Both the position numbers and the translations under genes were made by a program. A DNA stretch of 64,000 nt from an uncultured virus (IMG/VR IMGVR_UViG_3300042503_002084) (lineage: Duplodnaviria; Heunggongvirae; Uroviricota; Caudoviricetes). The stretch lies in the IMG/VR virus record IMGVR_UViG_3300042503_002084. The stretch is one strand, 5' to 3'. The notes under the pieces were generated by a model, which was not told the origin of the DNA, made no database searches, and saw nothing but the letters and a program-made list of their open reading frames with translations. Positions 49,062-58,778 of the stretch are shown piece by piece (position 1 is the first letter of the stretch; every line of letters starts with the position of its first letter).

Positions 49062-49713
49062 TATAGACATCGAGACATCAGGACTAAACCATGATATGAA
49101 TCATGTGTTATCCATCGGCGCAATTATTGAAGATACAAATAAGAAACTTCCCTTTGAGGAGATTCCAAAGTTCAACGCAATTGTTCTTCAGAATAATATC
49201 CAAGGTTCACCAAGAGCCATCACAATGAACAAAGAAATTATTTCATTGATGGGTGAATATCTTGAAGGGGTCGATGAAGTTAGAGAAATTTTAAATAACA
49301 ACAGCGGTTATAAATTCTATGAAGAAGATGAAGTTGTCACAGAATTTTATCGTTTCCTTTTTGCGAATGGATATGGTTATGATCTAGGCCCTGGTAATTT
49401 TGTTAATACTATAGACGGTGTGGAATATCCCGCAATAAATGGTAAAACAAAACCAATTACATTAAATGTTGCGGGTAAAAACTTTGGGACATTTGATAAA
49501 CTATTCCTGCAAGAGTTACCTTGGTGGCAGAAGTTAATTAGAACTCGTCAAAGAGTTTTAGACCCGGCGATCCTATGTGTTGATTGGACTAATGACACAT
49601 CATTACCATCACTTACAACATGTAAGGAAAGAATGAATGTTGAAGGGATTGTTACACATAACGCATTAGAAGATGCTTGGGATGTTATTGAAATATTGAG
49701 AAAATTTTATTAA
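49048..49713 (+). CDS. DEDDh 3'-5' exonuclease
   Basis: SIDIETSGL, AGKNFGTFD, HNALEDA. Confidence 0.85.
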   Translation: MIYVSIDIETSGLNHDMNHVLSIGAIIEDTNKKLPFEEIPKFNAIVLQNNIQGSPRAITMNKEIISLMGEYLEGVDEVREILNNNSGYKFYEEDEVVTEFYRFLFANGYGYDLGPGNFVNTIDGVEYPAINGKTKPITLNVAGKNFGTFDKLFLQELPWWQKLIRTRQRVLDPAILCVDWTNDTSLPSLTTCKERMNVEGIVTHNALEDAWDVIEILRKFY

Positions 49714-49717
49714 TAGT

Positions 49718-50374
49718 ATGTTGAAGATAGAGAACGATAGAAAAGTGTGGGTGACCTCAGATACTCATTTTGGCCATGGAAACATATGTCGTGGAACAAC
49801 TAACTGGCGTTTACCTAATGGCGGAATTCCGATTAATCAAACAAGAGATTTTACAACATTAGATAAAATGAACGACGCGATCGTAAATAATATCAATGAG
49901 GTTGTGGGCCAAGAAGATGTGTTAATACATTTTGGTGATTGGTCGTTCGGTGGCTTCGAAAATATTGAAGCGTTAAGAAATAGAATTTTATGTCAAGAGG
50001 TGCATTTAATCTTAGGTAACCATGATCATCACATTGATAGAAATAGAGAATCATGTAAAGACCGATTTGCTAGCGTGCAGTGGTTCCTACAATTGAGTTA
50101 TATGGGTGAGACGATAGAATGTATGCATTATCCAATAAGTTCCTGGAATGGGCTTAGAAAAGGCCGTATTCACTTACATGGACATTGTCACTTACCCCAT
50201 TCACAAAAAATCACTAATGGTAGAAGAATGGATGTTGGTATGGATGGCCATCCAGAGTTCAGACCATATGATTTACATAAAGAAATTTTAAACCCAATGA
50301 AGAAAGTTACAATAGGTTCTGAATTGGGTCCATTAGATCACCACATTGATGACTTAAAAGGTATTGTAGGATGA
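49718..50374 (+). CDS. Calcineurin-like metallophosphoesterase
   Basis: TSDTHFGH, HFGD, GNHD, HYP, HLHGHCH, DVGMD. Confidence 0.88.
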   Translation: MLKIENDRKVWVTSDTHFGHGNICRGTTNWRLPNGGIPINQTRDFTTLDKMNDAIVNNINEVVGQEDVLIHFGDWSFGGFENIEALRNRILCQEVHLILGNHDHHIDRNRESCKDRFASVQWFLQLSYMGETIECMHYPISSWNGLRKGRIHLHGHCHLPHSQKITNGRRMDVGMDGHPEFRPYDLHKEILNPMKKVTIGSELGPLDHHIDDLKGIVG

Positions 50375-50565
50375 AAATGAAAAAGTACGAAGGAAACTAT
50401 GTTGACAATCTTTCTGAACAAAGTAAGAAATGGCTTGAAGAATATAGAAAGAAAACCCCCAAATCACGTAGAATAGAACAGACCGGTGAGAACTTTATTC
50501 GTAAACTAAGAAGAATGAGATCATTGGATCATTTACATAACAAAAGAAGAGATTTTTTATTATAA
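50371..50565 (+). CDS. Hypothetical basic protein
   Basis: Overlaps the upstream stop (ATGA). Confidence 0.5.
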   Translation: MKMKKYEGNYVDNLSEQSKKWLEEYRKKTPKSRRIEQTGENFIRKLRRMRSLDHLHNKRRDFLL

Positions 50566-50575
50566 ATTAACACAT

Positions 50576-50746
50576 ATGTTAGAATCATATTTAGTGGGTA
50601 TTGGATGTTCCTTCGTCCTGGCTGCCATCGCAGCATTTTTTTTAGTTAGAGGCACTGATTACATGAAAGAAAATCACCCCGACTATAAAGGTGAAGATTT
50701 TTTAAACTGGGACGAAGAAGAAAAAGAAAAAGAAAAAGAAAAATAG
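50576..50746 (+). CDS. Small single-TM protein (56 aa, not in ORF track)
   Basis: Translated by hand: MLESYLVGIG...RGTDYMKENHPDYKGEDFLNWDEEEKEKEKEK*. Confidence 0.6.
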   Translation: MLESYLVGIGCSFVLAAIAAFFLVRGTDYMKENHPDYKGEDFLNWDEEEKEKEKEK

Positions 50747-50749
50747 TTA

Positions 50750-51526
50750 ATGATGTTACATACATATGGTTGTAGTTGGACCGAAGGTGAAGGTGCTGAC
50801 AGGGAAGTCGAAGATAACATTAACGATAGAGACGAAAAAAGAATTCTCAGGAATAGTTTGTCTTGGCCAAAATTTTTGGGTGATAAACTAGATGTAATTG
50901 TTAGAAATAATGGGATATCCGGAAATGCTAACAATAAAATATTTAACCAGATAATCACAGACATTCAAGATGAAAGAATCCAAGAAAATGATTTAGTGGT
51001 CGTTATGTGGAGTTCATCCCTTCGTGACCACGTACCATTTTTACCTAAAGGCGAATGGGTTAGTTGGTCTACTAAACATCTTATGCAAGATCCTCACAGA
51101 TTTATTAATTCATTTAAAAGTGAAAATGAAAAGTTTGTTGAGTTTTTAGCATCATTCAAAGAGTACTTCATATTAAACTTATTCAATCAAAATTATTATA
51201 ATATTGTAAATCAAAATTACATTTTGTTTTTACAAAAAATATTTTCTTATTATAACATCAAATACATCATGTGCGACAGTATTGAACAAATGATTATTGG
51301 TTTACATAAAAAAGACGACATAACAAATTTGGTTAATAAAGAAAAATATTGGAATTTTAATAAACAAACTATTAGAGATTTCCTAAATAAAACCAACAGG
51401 TTAGATATCTGGGAATACCAGGATGTAACATATAGTACAAGAGCAACACAGCATCCAAACAAAATAGGTTATGAATTAATAGCCAATGAATTATATGAAT
51501 TTATTATCAAAAATAAAATTTTATAA
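50750..51526 (+). CDS. SGNH hydrolase-like protein
   Basis: YGCSWTEG, NNGISGNAN, VMWSS..R, QHPNKIGY. Confidence 0.65.
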   Translation: MMLHTYGCSWTEGEGADREVEDNINDRDEKRILRNSLSWPKFLGDKLDVIVRNNGISGNANNKIFNQIITDIQDERIQENDLVVVMWSSSLRDHVPFLPKGEWVSWSTKHLMQDPHRFINSFKSENEKFVEFLASFKEYFILNLFNQNYYNIVNQNYILFLQKIFSYYNIKYIMCDSIEQMIIGLHKKDDITNLVNKEKYWNFNKQTIRDFLNKTNRLDIWEYQDVTYSTRATQHPNKIGYELIANELYEFIIKNKIL

Positions 51527-51564
51527 TTCCAAGAATACCATTATTTTTGTTAAAATAATAAGAT

Positions 51565-51960
51565 ATGAAGAATACTACACTAAGTCCCTACATTTTTCCA
51601 GGTATCAAGAGAGAAGATTTAATAACTTCAGGATTCCCTTATCTGAAATCAAAACATCCTGCTTATACCAAAGAAGAAGTGATGGAAATTGTTAGTAAAG
51701 AATGCGGAGTAACCATAGAACAAATTGTATCTAGAAGGAGATTTCGTTTTATTGTTGAGGCGAGACAAATTCTTGCTAAAGTTTTAAAAGATAAATGTAG
51801 AATGACATTCGCCAATATTGGTAAAACAATTGGAGATAGGGACCACACCACAGCAATTCATTCGGTTTTATCCTATGACAACTTATACACCACTGACGAA
51901 TCTTTTCGTGAGAAAGCGGATAGTATAAATTACAAATTAAGTATAAAAAAACACGGTTAA
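51565..51960 (+). CDS. Stand-alone DnaA C-terminal (domain IV) DNA-binding protein
   Basis: SRRR..FIVEARQI....L......ANIGKTIGDRDHTTAIHSV matches the DnaA domain IV signature. No AAA+ domain. Confidence 0.85.
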   Translation: MKNTTLSPYIFPGIKREDLITSGFPYLKSKHPAYTKEEVMEIVSKECGVTIEQIVSRRRFRFIVEARQILAKVLKDKCRMTFANIGKTIGDRDHTTAIHSVLSYDNLYTTDESFREKADSINYKLSIKKHG

Positions 51961-51988
51961 ACTAACCGATAACCGGATATTTATTTGT

Positions 51989-53434
51989 ATGAAGTATATT
52001 ATATCCGAAAGCCAATGGCCTAGAATTAGACAAAAAAACATAGACGAGGACTTGTTTCTTAAGAAAGACCCAAAAGAGAACAAGTTAGTTATCTTCTCTG
52101 ATAAGACAGAAAAGAACGCACGAACCAAAGAAACCATAGCACTAGCAAAGGAATTCAGAAAATTAGGTTTTGATTGGAGACCCGAACTAGGTCACTGGAT
52201 AGGGGACTATTCCAAATTAGAAACAATCAATAATCTTATATCTTCCCATAACAAAATTAGGGAAATTATTCACGATCTTAGTTTGATCGAGGATTTTATT
52301 GCTGATACAGATGCTGATCCAACCAAGATGACCGCAATGATGGATAACTTGGACTCATATGTTAAAGACCTTGCAAATGCAACGGATCAAACAACAATGG
52401 ATGCTGCAATTAGAAATTACTTAACATTTTATAGTAGGTTCCACAGTTATAGTTTAGTCAATACCTGGCTTATCTACCTTCAAAAAAAGGACGCGACTAA
52501 GGTTGCTGGATACGATACTTGGAAAAAAAGTAATCGTGGCGTTAAAAAAGGTGCTACCGCTATTTGGATCAGGTACCCAATGCAAATTAAAAAAGGTGCT
52601 GAAGTCGATACAAGCGGTGTTGATTTTACACCCATCGATGATGCTGCTAGAAGCGGTCAAAGTTTTACTAAATTTTCTTGGGGTAAGATATATGATATTT
52701 CAGACACATACCCATTAAACGAGAAGGGTAACATCCCTGAAACACCGAAATGGTTTGCGGAAAACGAACCTAGTGATGTTGCGGATATGTTGATTGAACG
52801 TCTTAAACAATTCTGTGAAACAATCGGTATCAAATTAACTATGTCCGATTCTAAAAGTGGTGAAAAAGGATATAGTGCTGGTGAACATATTAATTTATCC
52901 TCAGACATATCTGGTGTTGGTCAAGCATCCACATTTGTACATGAAATGGCCCACGAATTATTGCACTGGAAAACCAAATCACCATTCCATATTGATGATG
53001 AGGATGCTAACACTCGAGAAATGAAAGAGTTGCAAGCGGAATCTGTATCATATGTCGTTTTAAAACACTATAATCTCCCAGTTAAACAACACCCAACGTA
53101 CCTTGCTTTATGGAGAGCAAACAAAGATAAGGTAATGAAGAACTTACAAGTAATTGTTAAGTGTTCCAAATATATTATCGATGGTATTGATGCAATGGAA
53201 GAAAGTCAGGAAGCACAGGTAGAAATAAGTGAAATGGGTGAAAATGATGTGAACCTACAAAGGGTATTAAAACACTACGATGAAGGCGACGATGACTTTA
53301 AAAGAAAGGTATCTATGACAATCACAGGTAGACCAAATTCAGATAGAGCAAAGATCAATTGGGCTTTAAGAGAAATGGGATATTTGGAAATTATGGATGT
53401 ACAATTTGAATTAGATATCTTAAATTTGGACTAA
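51989..53434 (+). CDS. ArdC-like ssDNA-binding N-domain + HExxH metallopeptidase-like domain, with MKYIISESQ leader
   Basis: FHSYSLVNTWLIYLQ..AT.VAGY.TW....R.VKKG..AI.I, IYDISDT, FVHEMAHELLH, ELQAESVSYVV. Confidence 0.8.
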   Translation: MKYIISESQWPRIRQKNIDEDLFLKKDPKENKLVIFSDKTEKNARTKETIALAKEFRKLGFDWRPELGHWIGDYSKLETINNLISSHNKIREIIHDLSLIEDFIADTDADPTKMTAMMDNLDSYVKDLANATDQTTMDAAIRNYLTFYSRFHSYSLVNTWLIYLQKKDATKVAGYDTWKKSNRGVKKGATAIWIRYPMQIKKGAEVDTSGVDFTPIDDAARSGQSFTKFSWGKIYDISDTYPLNEKGNIPETPKWFAENEPSDVADMLIERLKQFCETIGIKLTMSDSKSGEKGYSAGEHINLSSDISGVGQASTFVHEMAHELLHWKTKSPFHIDDEDANTREMKELQAESVSYVVLKHYNLPVKQHPTYLALWRANKDKVMKNLQVIVKCSKYIIDGIDAMEESQEAQVEISEMGENDVNLQRVLKHYDEGDDDFKRKVSMTITGRPNSDRAKINWALREMGYLEIMDVQFELDILNLD

Positions 53435-53562
53435 TATGAATATGAAAGAAAAATTACTAGACATACTTAAAGTCGTAGGAGCAACAGCAATTGTTGGCTT
53501 CGGCTTGTTTATTCTTTACTGGGGATTTAGAATGTTATTCTTTATCTTTTTCCGTCAGTAAA

Positions 53563-53928
53563 TTATCTAACGGGGTTCTGAGGTGTACCTAGATACATCA
53601 CTACCTTATCCCCTACTTTAAAGTTTGAGCAGGTACCTGCTGGGAATTCTATTACATGATCCCCAATACCAGTGTATGTTGGTGGTGTCATCTTATGTCT
53701 ATCAACTATTGGACAATTTGGGTGTAAATGGGTTATTCTGTTGTTTAGAACAAAGACAATATCTAAAGGGATTAGACAGTTCTTCATCCAAAAAGAATGG
53801 TGTCCTTTACCCATTTTAAACACCATACAGCCGTCCAGGGTGTCCCTACCCATCATTCCTCTTTGAATTTCTTCCGGAGTTGATAGGTACTCCGCCTTAA
53901 ATGTTTGATTTCCAATTCTTACTGACAT
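53563..53928 (-). CDS. DUF192 domain protein
   Basis: RGMMGR, FWMKNCLIPLDIVF, VIEFPAG. Confidence 0.85.
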   Translation of the reverse strand: MSVRIGNQTFKAEYLSTPEEIQRGMMGRDTLDGCMVFKMGKGHHSFWMKNCLIPLDIVFVLNNRITHLHPNCPIVDRHKMTPPTYTGIGDHVIEFPAGTCSNFKVGDKVVMYLGTPQNPVR

Positions 53929-53941
53929 ATCATATAATTAT

Positions 53942-53972
53942 TTTGCATTTCAAATATTATTTCTTAATTTTG
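53942..53972 (+). promoter_or_regulatory. Bacteroidota-type promoter (TTTG-19 nt-TAATTTTG)
   Basis: Matches the -33/-7 consensus. ATG of the 53977 ORF follows after 4 nt. Confidence 0.6.
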
Positions 53973-53976
53973 CCTC

Positions 53977-54216
53977 ATGAATAAAGAAAAATTCTATAAC
54001 ACATTATTAAAAAATGTAATCCAGATCGTTACAGTGGCCCTTGTGGCTGCTATCGTATCGTTTTTTATCTGGTATCTCCTTTTTTGGTTTTTAACTAAAG
54101 AGGCAAACGCATCGTTATGGTCTCTGTGGTATAAAATCCCATTTGTTTTTTTCGGTGTTATTACAACAATAGCACTTATTGATGTATTTTTAAATGCTAA
54201 AGAATGCGAAAACTAA
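53977..54216 (+). CDS. Small two-TM membrane protein
   Basis: Hydrophobic ORF directly after the promoter. Confidence 0.6.
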   Translation: MNKEKFYNTLLKNVIQIVTVALVAAIVSFFIWYLLFWFLTKEANASLWSLWYKIPFVFFGVITTIALIDVFLNAKECEN

Positions 54217-54347
54217 CATTATTATTTTTATTGGTGTTTTTAGTATCATGTAGTCCTCGAATGCACATTTTTGGTGGTATAATGAGAAAACACAACACCT
54301 CATTTAACAAATATTCATCAAAAAATCCGTACATTAAAAATAGATAA
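54204..54347 (+). CDS. Small putative lipoprotein (47 aa, not in ORF track)
   Basis: MRKLTLLFLLVFLVSC carries a lipobox-like LVSC. Fills the gap to 54349. Confidence 0.5.
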   Translation: MRKLTLLFLLVFLVSCSPRMHIFGGIMRKHNTSFNKYSSKNPYIKNR

Positions 54348-54348
54348 C

Positions 54349-55629
54349 ATGAAATACCATTATTTTTTATTTTTAATACTGTTATCTGCGTGTTCTAAAA
54401 CAGATGTTGCGCCAATTAAAACAGAAAACATCGTTATTAAGGAAACTTCTGTTGTGACTAGTGATGAGTTTTCACCTGTCGATACCACAACATCGTATTT
54501 TTGGGAGTATAAGAATTTTAACAATGGGCAATACTACGATGTTTTAGCCAGTTGTTTACCCCTCATTCAAAAAACTATAAGTGGCTTCACAACTTCAAAT
54601 GCTCATATGCAATTGGATTTTGATAATGATGGTTTAATGGACCTTGTTATTCAATCAACTAACTATGATGAATATAATGACGATAGTATTTTTGTTGTCC
54701 ATAATGATGGTAACGGAAAGTATTCAATAAAGTATTCATTTGTTGGTGTTGAGCAGGGCCGTAGAGCAATCGTGAATGACTTTGATAAGAATGGTTATCC
54801 CGATGTTATTATTGTTGGTACTCCTGGTGAAAGACCTAAAGACCCAACATTAAACATGAATGACCCTAAAAGATATCAAGTACCAATACACTTAAGATTT
54901 TTTAAAGATAAGATGGAAGCAACATATCTAAATGATTTTAAAGGTTACAACCACACAATAACTTCTGGTGATATAAATGGTGACGGATATGCAGATATAA
55001 TTGCACCTAACTTTTTTAATAATGGAAATGCTGTTGGTATTAATGACGGCAAAGGTAATTTTATTAAACAATCTTCACCATTTAATATCACAACTAATGA
55101 GAGAACTTGGGTTGAGTTATTTGACATCGATGGTGATAATAAATTAGATTTATTTTTGGCGTCATCTGGTAATGAAACAACAAAAGTTTATTATGGTAAT
55201 GGTTCTATGAATGAATTTCCTAATATTCAAGATTATGGGATAACATATTCATTTCAATTTAAGGATCTGAATGGCGACAAAAAGAAAGATGTTATTCTTA
55301 ATAGGATTAAACACCAAAATAATCCATATGATGGGTACAAACTTCAGTTCTTAATTAAAGATACTGTGGGCTACAAAGATGTTTCATCAATATACATAAG
55401 TAACCAATGGCAAAAATTGGTTGGTGATGCTAATAACCCACCAAAATGGTTTGATTATTTAGATCAAATAGATATGAATGGTGATGGATTTAGGGATCTA
55501 GTTGCCGGAAGGGCATCGTATGATTCTAAAGGACTTGTAAACGGTCCGCCAATCTATCAAGTACCTGTTTGGTTATGGGATAAACAAACAAAAACATATA
55601 AGGACACGCTCATTACAAAAATGAGATAA
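54349..55629 (+). CDS. FG-GAP/VCBS repeat lipoprotein
   Basis: Lipobox LSAC. Six DxDxDG..D-type repeats (DFDNDGLMD, DFDKNGYPD, DINGDGYAD, DIDGDNKLD, DLNGDKKKD, DMNGDGFRD). Confidence 0.85.
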   Translation: MKYHYFLFLILLSACSKTDVAPIKTENIVIKETSVVTSDEFSPVDTTTSYFWEYKNFNNGQYYDVLASCLPLIQKTISGFTTSNAHMQLDFDNDGLMDLVIQSTNYDEYNDDSIFVVHNDGNGKYSIKYSFVGVEQGRRAIVNDFDKNGYPDVIIVGTPGERPKDPTLNMNDPKRYQVPIHLRFFKDKMEATYLNDFKGYNHTITSGDINGDGYADIIAPNFFNNGNAVGINDGKGNFIKQSSPFNITTNERTWVELFDIDGDNKLDLFLASSGNETTKVYYGNGSMNEFPNIQDYGITYSFQFKDLNGDKKKDVILNRIKHQNNPYDGYKLQFLIKDTVGYKDVSSIYISNQWQKLVGDANNPPKWFDYLDQIDMNGDGFRDLVAGRASYDSKGLVNGPPIYQVPVWLWDKQTKTYKDTLITKMR

Positions 55630-55635
55630 TTCTTT

Positions 55636-55667
55636 AAAACCCAAAATTTCTTTTTTTGGGTTTTTTT
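55636..55667 (+). terminator. Intrinsic terminator
   Basis: AAAACCCAAAA...TTTTGGGTTTT hairpin plus T run right after the stop codon. Confidence 0.65.
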
Positions 55668-55684
55668 AATTATATTAATACCCT

Positions 55685-56032
55685 ATGATATATCAAAAAA
55701 TTTTACTCGGAATCTTGTTTGGTCTAATTGGTCAAATAGGTACGTTCATGCAATTACAAGGTTCTTATAAATACGGTTGGTATGGGAAGTACCAATGGTT
55801 AGTTATATTGGCAAGTGTGCCCCTTGGTTGGGTTTATATAAAATCGGTTAACTACTTTATCGAGGGTTTTGGTGGTCAAATATGGCCAAGCAGATTAGTT
55901 GGGTTTGGTGTTGGTGTTATTGTTTTTACACTAATGTCTCATTTTTTATTTAAAGAACCTCTAGACCTCAAGAATGGTATATGTTTATTGTTAGGATTTA
56001 CAATAGTTTTGATTCAATTGTTTGTAAAATAA
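55685..56032 (+). CDS. Small four-TM membrane protein (DMT/SMR-like)
   Basis: Four TM segments, FLFKEP motif before the last helix. Confidence 0.6.
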   Translation: MIYQKILLGILFGLIGQIGTFMQLQGSYKYGWYGKYQWLVILASVPLGWVYIKSVNYFIEGFGGQIWPSRLVGFGVGVIVFTLMSHFLFKEPLDLKNGICLLLGFTIVLIQLFVK

Positions 56033-56068
56033 TTTTTGGTTTTAATAAAAAAATGTTAAATTTGATTT

Positions 56069-56425
56069 ATGAATTTTATCAATAATCCATATAAAAATAG
56101 ATGCCAATTAGAAATTGGTTCAACATTTATATTCCGAGGCGACTATTGTACTGTAACAAGAATGAAACGTAATTTTTTTAATTACAGTATCCAAGGAACA
56201 AATATAAATGGATATATGTACTATGATTTTTATTTAAAAACCCCGTCAGCCGCTGGCAGAAAACTAAATTACGCTATGAAAAAGAAAACAATCAAGCAGA
56301 CCACAAAGAGTGACACAACAATCACTAAGAATCTCCCCCAACAAACAAAACATATTGGTCAACTAATGTTCGATATTGCTAATATGAAAAAGAAATTAAC
56401 ATATCTACAACTTAAAGATAATTGA
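56069..56425 (+). CDS. Hypothetical protein
   Basis: ATG 4 nt after TAAATTTG (56057-56064). Confidence 0.55.
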   Translation: MNFINNPYKNRCQLEIGSTFIFRGDYCTVTRMKRNFFNYSIQGTNINGYMYYDFYLKTPSAAGRKLNYAMKKKTIKQTTKSDTTITKNLPQQTKHIGQLMFDIANMKKKLTYLQLKDN

Positions 56426-56427
56426 CA

Positions 56428-56613
56428 ATGAGTAATGACAAACCAAACAAAGATGAAAAGATTTGTTATAACTGTAAGAACCTTTTATGGTTGGTAGGAA
56501 TCGGTCAAGGTATTAAATGTGACTTAGATAAAAAAAGTTTACCTAGTCGCTATTATACTTGTGATAATTTTGAAATAAAAAATGAATCAAATAAAAATGA
56601 TTCTGATAAATAA
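56428..56613 (+). CDS. Small Cys-rich hypothetical protein
   Basis: CYNC...C...C pattern. Confidence 0.5.
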   Translation: MSNDKPNKDEKICYNCKNLLWLVGIGQGIKCDLDKKSLPSRYYTCDNFEIKNESNKNDSDK

Positions 56614-56628
56614 TTAAAACTTAAACAC

Positions 56629-57216
56629 ATGAAAAACAGATCATTAGTTACAGCACTAAGACAATTCAGTCCAGATTTAAAGATTTCACTTAAAGCCCAT
56701 TTGCAATATGGTTGTGAAGAAGTTGGATATGGTTCTGGTGAATATGAGGGACTAAGTTTCTCACAAGATTATACCATTGGATGGAACGATGGTTATTTAA
56801 GCGCAGATGCTTGGGATGGTTACACCGTTCAAGATTTAATTGATGTGTTATTGGAAAAAACATTATCAAAGATCTCTGATGCTGACTTTGGTTTAAGACC
56901 AGGTGAACTTAGAAATGGTAATCCAGAGTACACAACAACATGGGAAGATGAAGAACCATCAGAAGATGATATGCCAGATGATGATCAACTATATAACATG
57001 ATGGAAATCGGTGACGCCGATTATAAATTCCAGGGACCACACGCTTTGGAAATTGAAGTTTATTATAATGATCAAGACGGTGAAGAATCGTCAATATCGT
57101 TTGTTTTAAACAACGATGAGGTTGATAGGAAACCAGATCCATTAGCGATTAAATTGATAAAATTCATGAGAGAAACTAGAAAATCAGCAAAGAAGAAAGT
57201 AGCAAAAAAGAAATAA
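56629..57216 (+). CDS. Hypothetical acidic protein with a basic tail
   Basis: 195-aa ORF. Confidence 0.65.
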   Translation: MKNRSLVTALRQFSPDLKISLKAHLQYGCEEVGYGSGEYEGLSFSQDYTIGWNDGYLSADAWDGYTVQDLIDVLLEKTLSKISDADFGLRPGELRNGNPEYTTTWEDEEPSEDDMPDDDQLYNMMEIGDADYKFQGPHALEIEVYYNDQDGEESSISFVLNNDEVDRKPDPLAIKLIKFMRETRKSAKKKVAKKK

Positions 57217-57334
57217 TATGAGAGAAGCATTTGAGGTAATGTCAGCACACCCACTATTAACACTATTCTTAGGTTTTGTAATAATAGCGTGTGTTACTGA
57301 AATAGCACACGCAATCAAAACAAAAAAATAACTT

Positions 57335-57613
57335 ATGACCAATCAATACAAAATTTTTAGACAATCTCATTTAGATGAATATGGTGTGGAAGGTTCAATA
57401 TCATATTACATCAGAGAACGCAAAACCTTTTTAGGTGTTCAATATTGGAAGGATATTACTCATGAAATATGTGGTATGGGTGATTGTTATAATATAAGAA
57501 CCCGTTTTGATTCTGAGGAGAAAGCGGAAACCTTTATTAAGGAAAAACTTTGCACAAAGATTGGTAAAGATAAGTGGGTGGAGAAAGAAGTAAAAGAATT
57601 AAATTGTGAATAA
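57335..57613 (+). CDS. Hypothetical protein
   Basis: ORF in a co-oriented array. Confidence 0.55.
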   Translation: MTNQYKIFRQSHLDEYGVEGSISYYIRERKTFLGVQYWKDITHEICGMGDCYNIRTRFDSEEKAETFIKEKLCTKIGKDKWVEKEVKELNCE

Positions 57614-57780
57614 TATGAGATTAAATGTAGAATTACTTGCAATTGATTTTTACAGAGTAGGAAGAAGTTGGATTTCTATTTTAGAAATCAATTATGGTCA
57701 CCCATTATTTTATATAGAATGGGGACAAGGTATGAAAGTACAAATCAGTTTTTTATTTGGACTAATTAAAAATTATTAAT

Positions 57781-58116
57781 ATGGAAAAGAAATTAGGAAA
57801 AATTGAATCAGTAAGATTTGGTCACGGAGGTTATCAAGATGCTTGTATTGGAATATCAGTTACATTAGGTAATGGTTCTTGGGGTGTTGGTGATTTTAAA
57901 GGGGCATGGGACCCAGAAATGATCAAACGCAGTGAATATACTCAATGGACTGAAGAAGATAGAACAAAAAGTATTGACGAGACAATTAGATTTGTTTCAA
58001 AACTTCTCAAAGACGCTAAAGTTAGTAGCGTAGATCAATTAAAAAATATTCCTGTTGAAGTTACCTTTGAAGGTATGTCTTTAAAAGAATGGAGAATATT
58101 AACCGAAGTATTATAA
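57781..58116 (+). CDS. Phage hypothetical protein
   Basis: GKIESVRFG.GGYQDA...IPVEVTF...WRILTEVL. Confidence 0.65.
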   Translation: MEKKLGKIESVRFGHGGYQDACIGISVTLGNGSWGVGDFKGAWDPEMIKRSEYTQWTEEDRTKSIDETIRFVSKLLKDAKVSSVDQLKNIPVEVTFEGMSLKEWRILTEVL

Positions 58117-58124
58117 TTTAAAAT

Positions 58125-58775
58125 ATGACAAACACACAATCACATGCACAAGTAGAATTAGATATTCTAAGTAAGAGTGTTCCAGATGCACTAATCCTGG
58201 AGTTTAAAGATGAGATCCTGGCGCTATGCGAGAAGTTCGGTAAGAGTGGACAGAGTGGTGGATCAGCACCATATGTTGCCGGAGCATTATCTTCTGCTGT
58301 AAAGAAATTATGTATGTTTCAAACCATTGCGCCACTTACTGGTGAAGATAGTGAATGGAGTGATATTACACAAGAAAATGGTGGAGAGATGTTTTATCAA
58401 AACAAAAGAAACTCAGCAGTATTCAAAGACAAAGATGGGGTTTGGTATCTTGACGCAATTGTATGGTGCGCGGATACTCCAGGTGAAAGCGGAAACAACT
58501 GGGATAATTTTTCTGGAACTGTTCAAGGAATTAAAAGTCGAGCATATATCAAAGAGTTTCCATTTGAACCAAAAACATTTCATATCAATGTAACAAGAGA
58601 AAAACTTCCATTTGATTGGGCTGAAGAACCGTTTTATCAAGACAGTGATTACTATATCACATCTGAGTTTGAAGAAACCGGTATTAAGAGATGGATTCCT
58701 GGTGACAAATATCGTTACATCATTAAAGATATGAAACAATTAGACGAAGTTTGGGGATATTATCAAAAAAAATAA
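58125..58775 (+). CDS. Phage hypothetical protein
   Basis: FGKSGQSGGSA...PLTGEDSEW...QNKRNSAVFK. Confidence 0.7.
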   Translation: MTNTQSHAQVELDILSKSVPDALILEFKDEILALCEKFGKSGQSGGSAPYVAGALSSAVKKLCMFQTIAPLTGEDSEWSDITQENGGEMFYQNKRNSAVFKDKDGVWYLDAIVWCADTPGESGNNWDNFSGTVQGIKSRAYIKEFPFEPKTFHINVTREKLPFDWAEEPFYQDSDYYITSEFEETGIKRWIPGDKYRYIIKDMKQLDEVWGYYQKK

Positions 58776-58778
58776 ATT

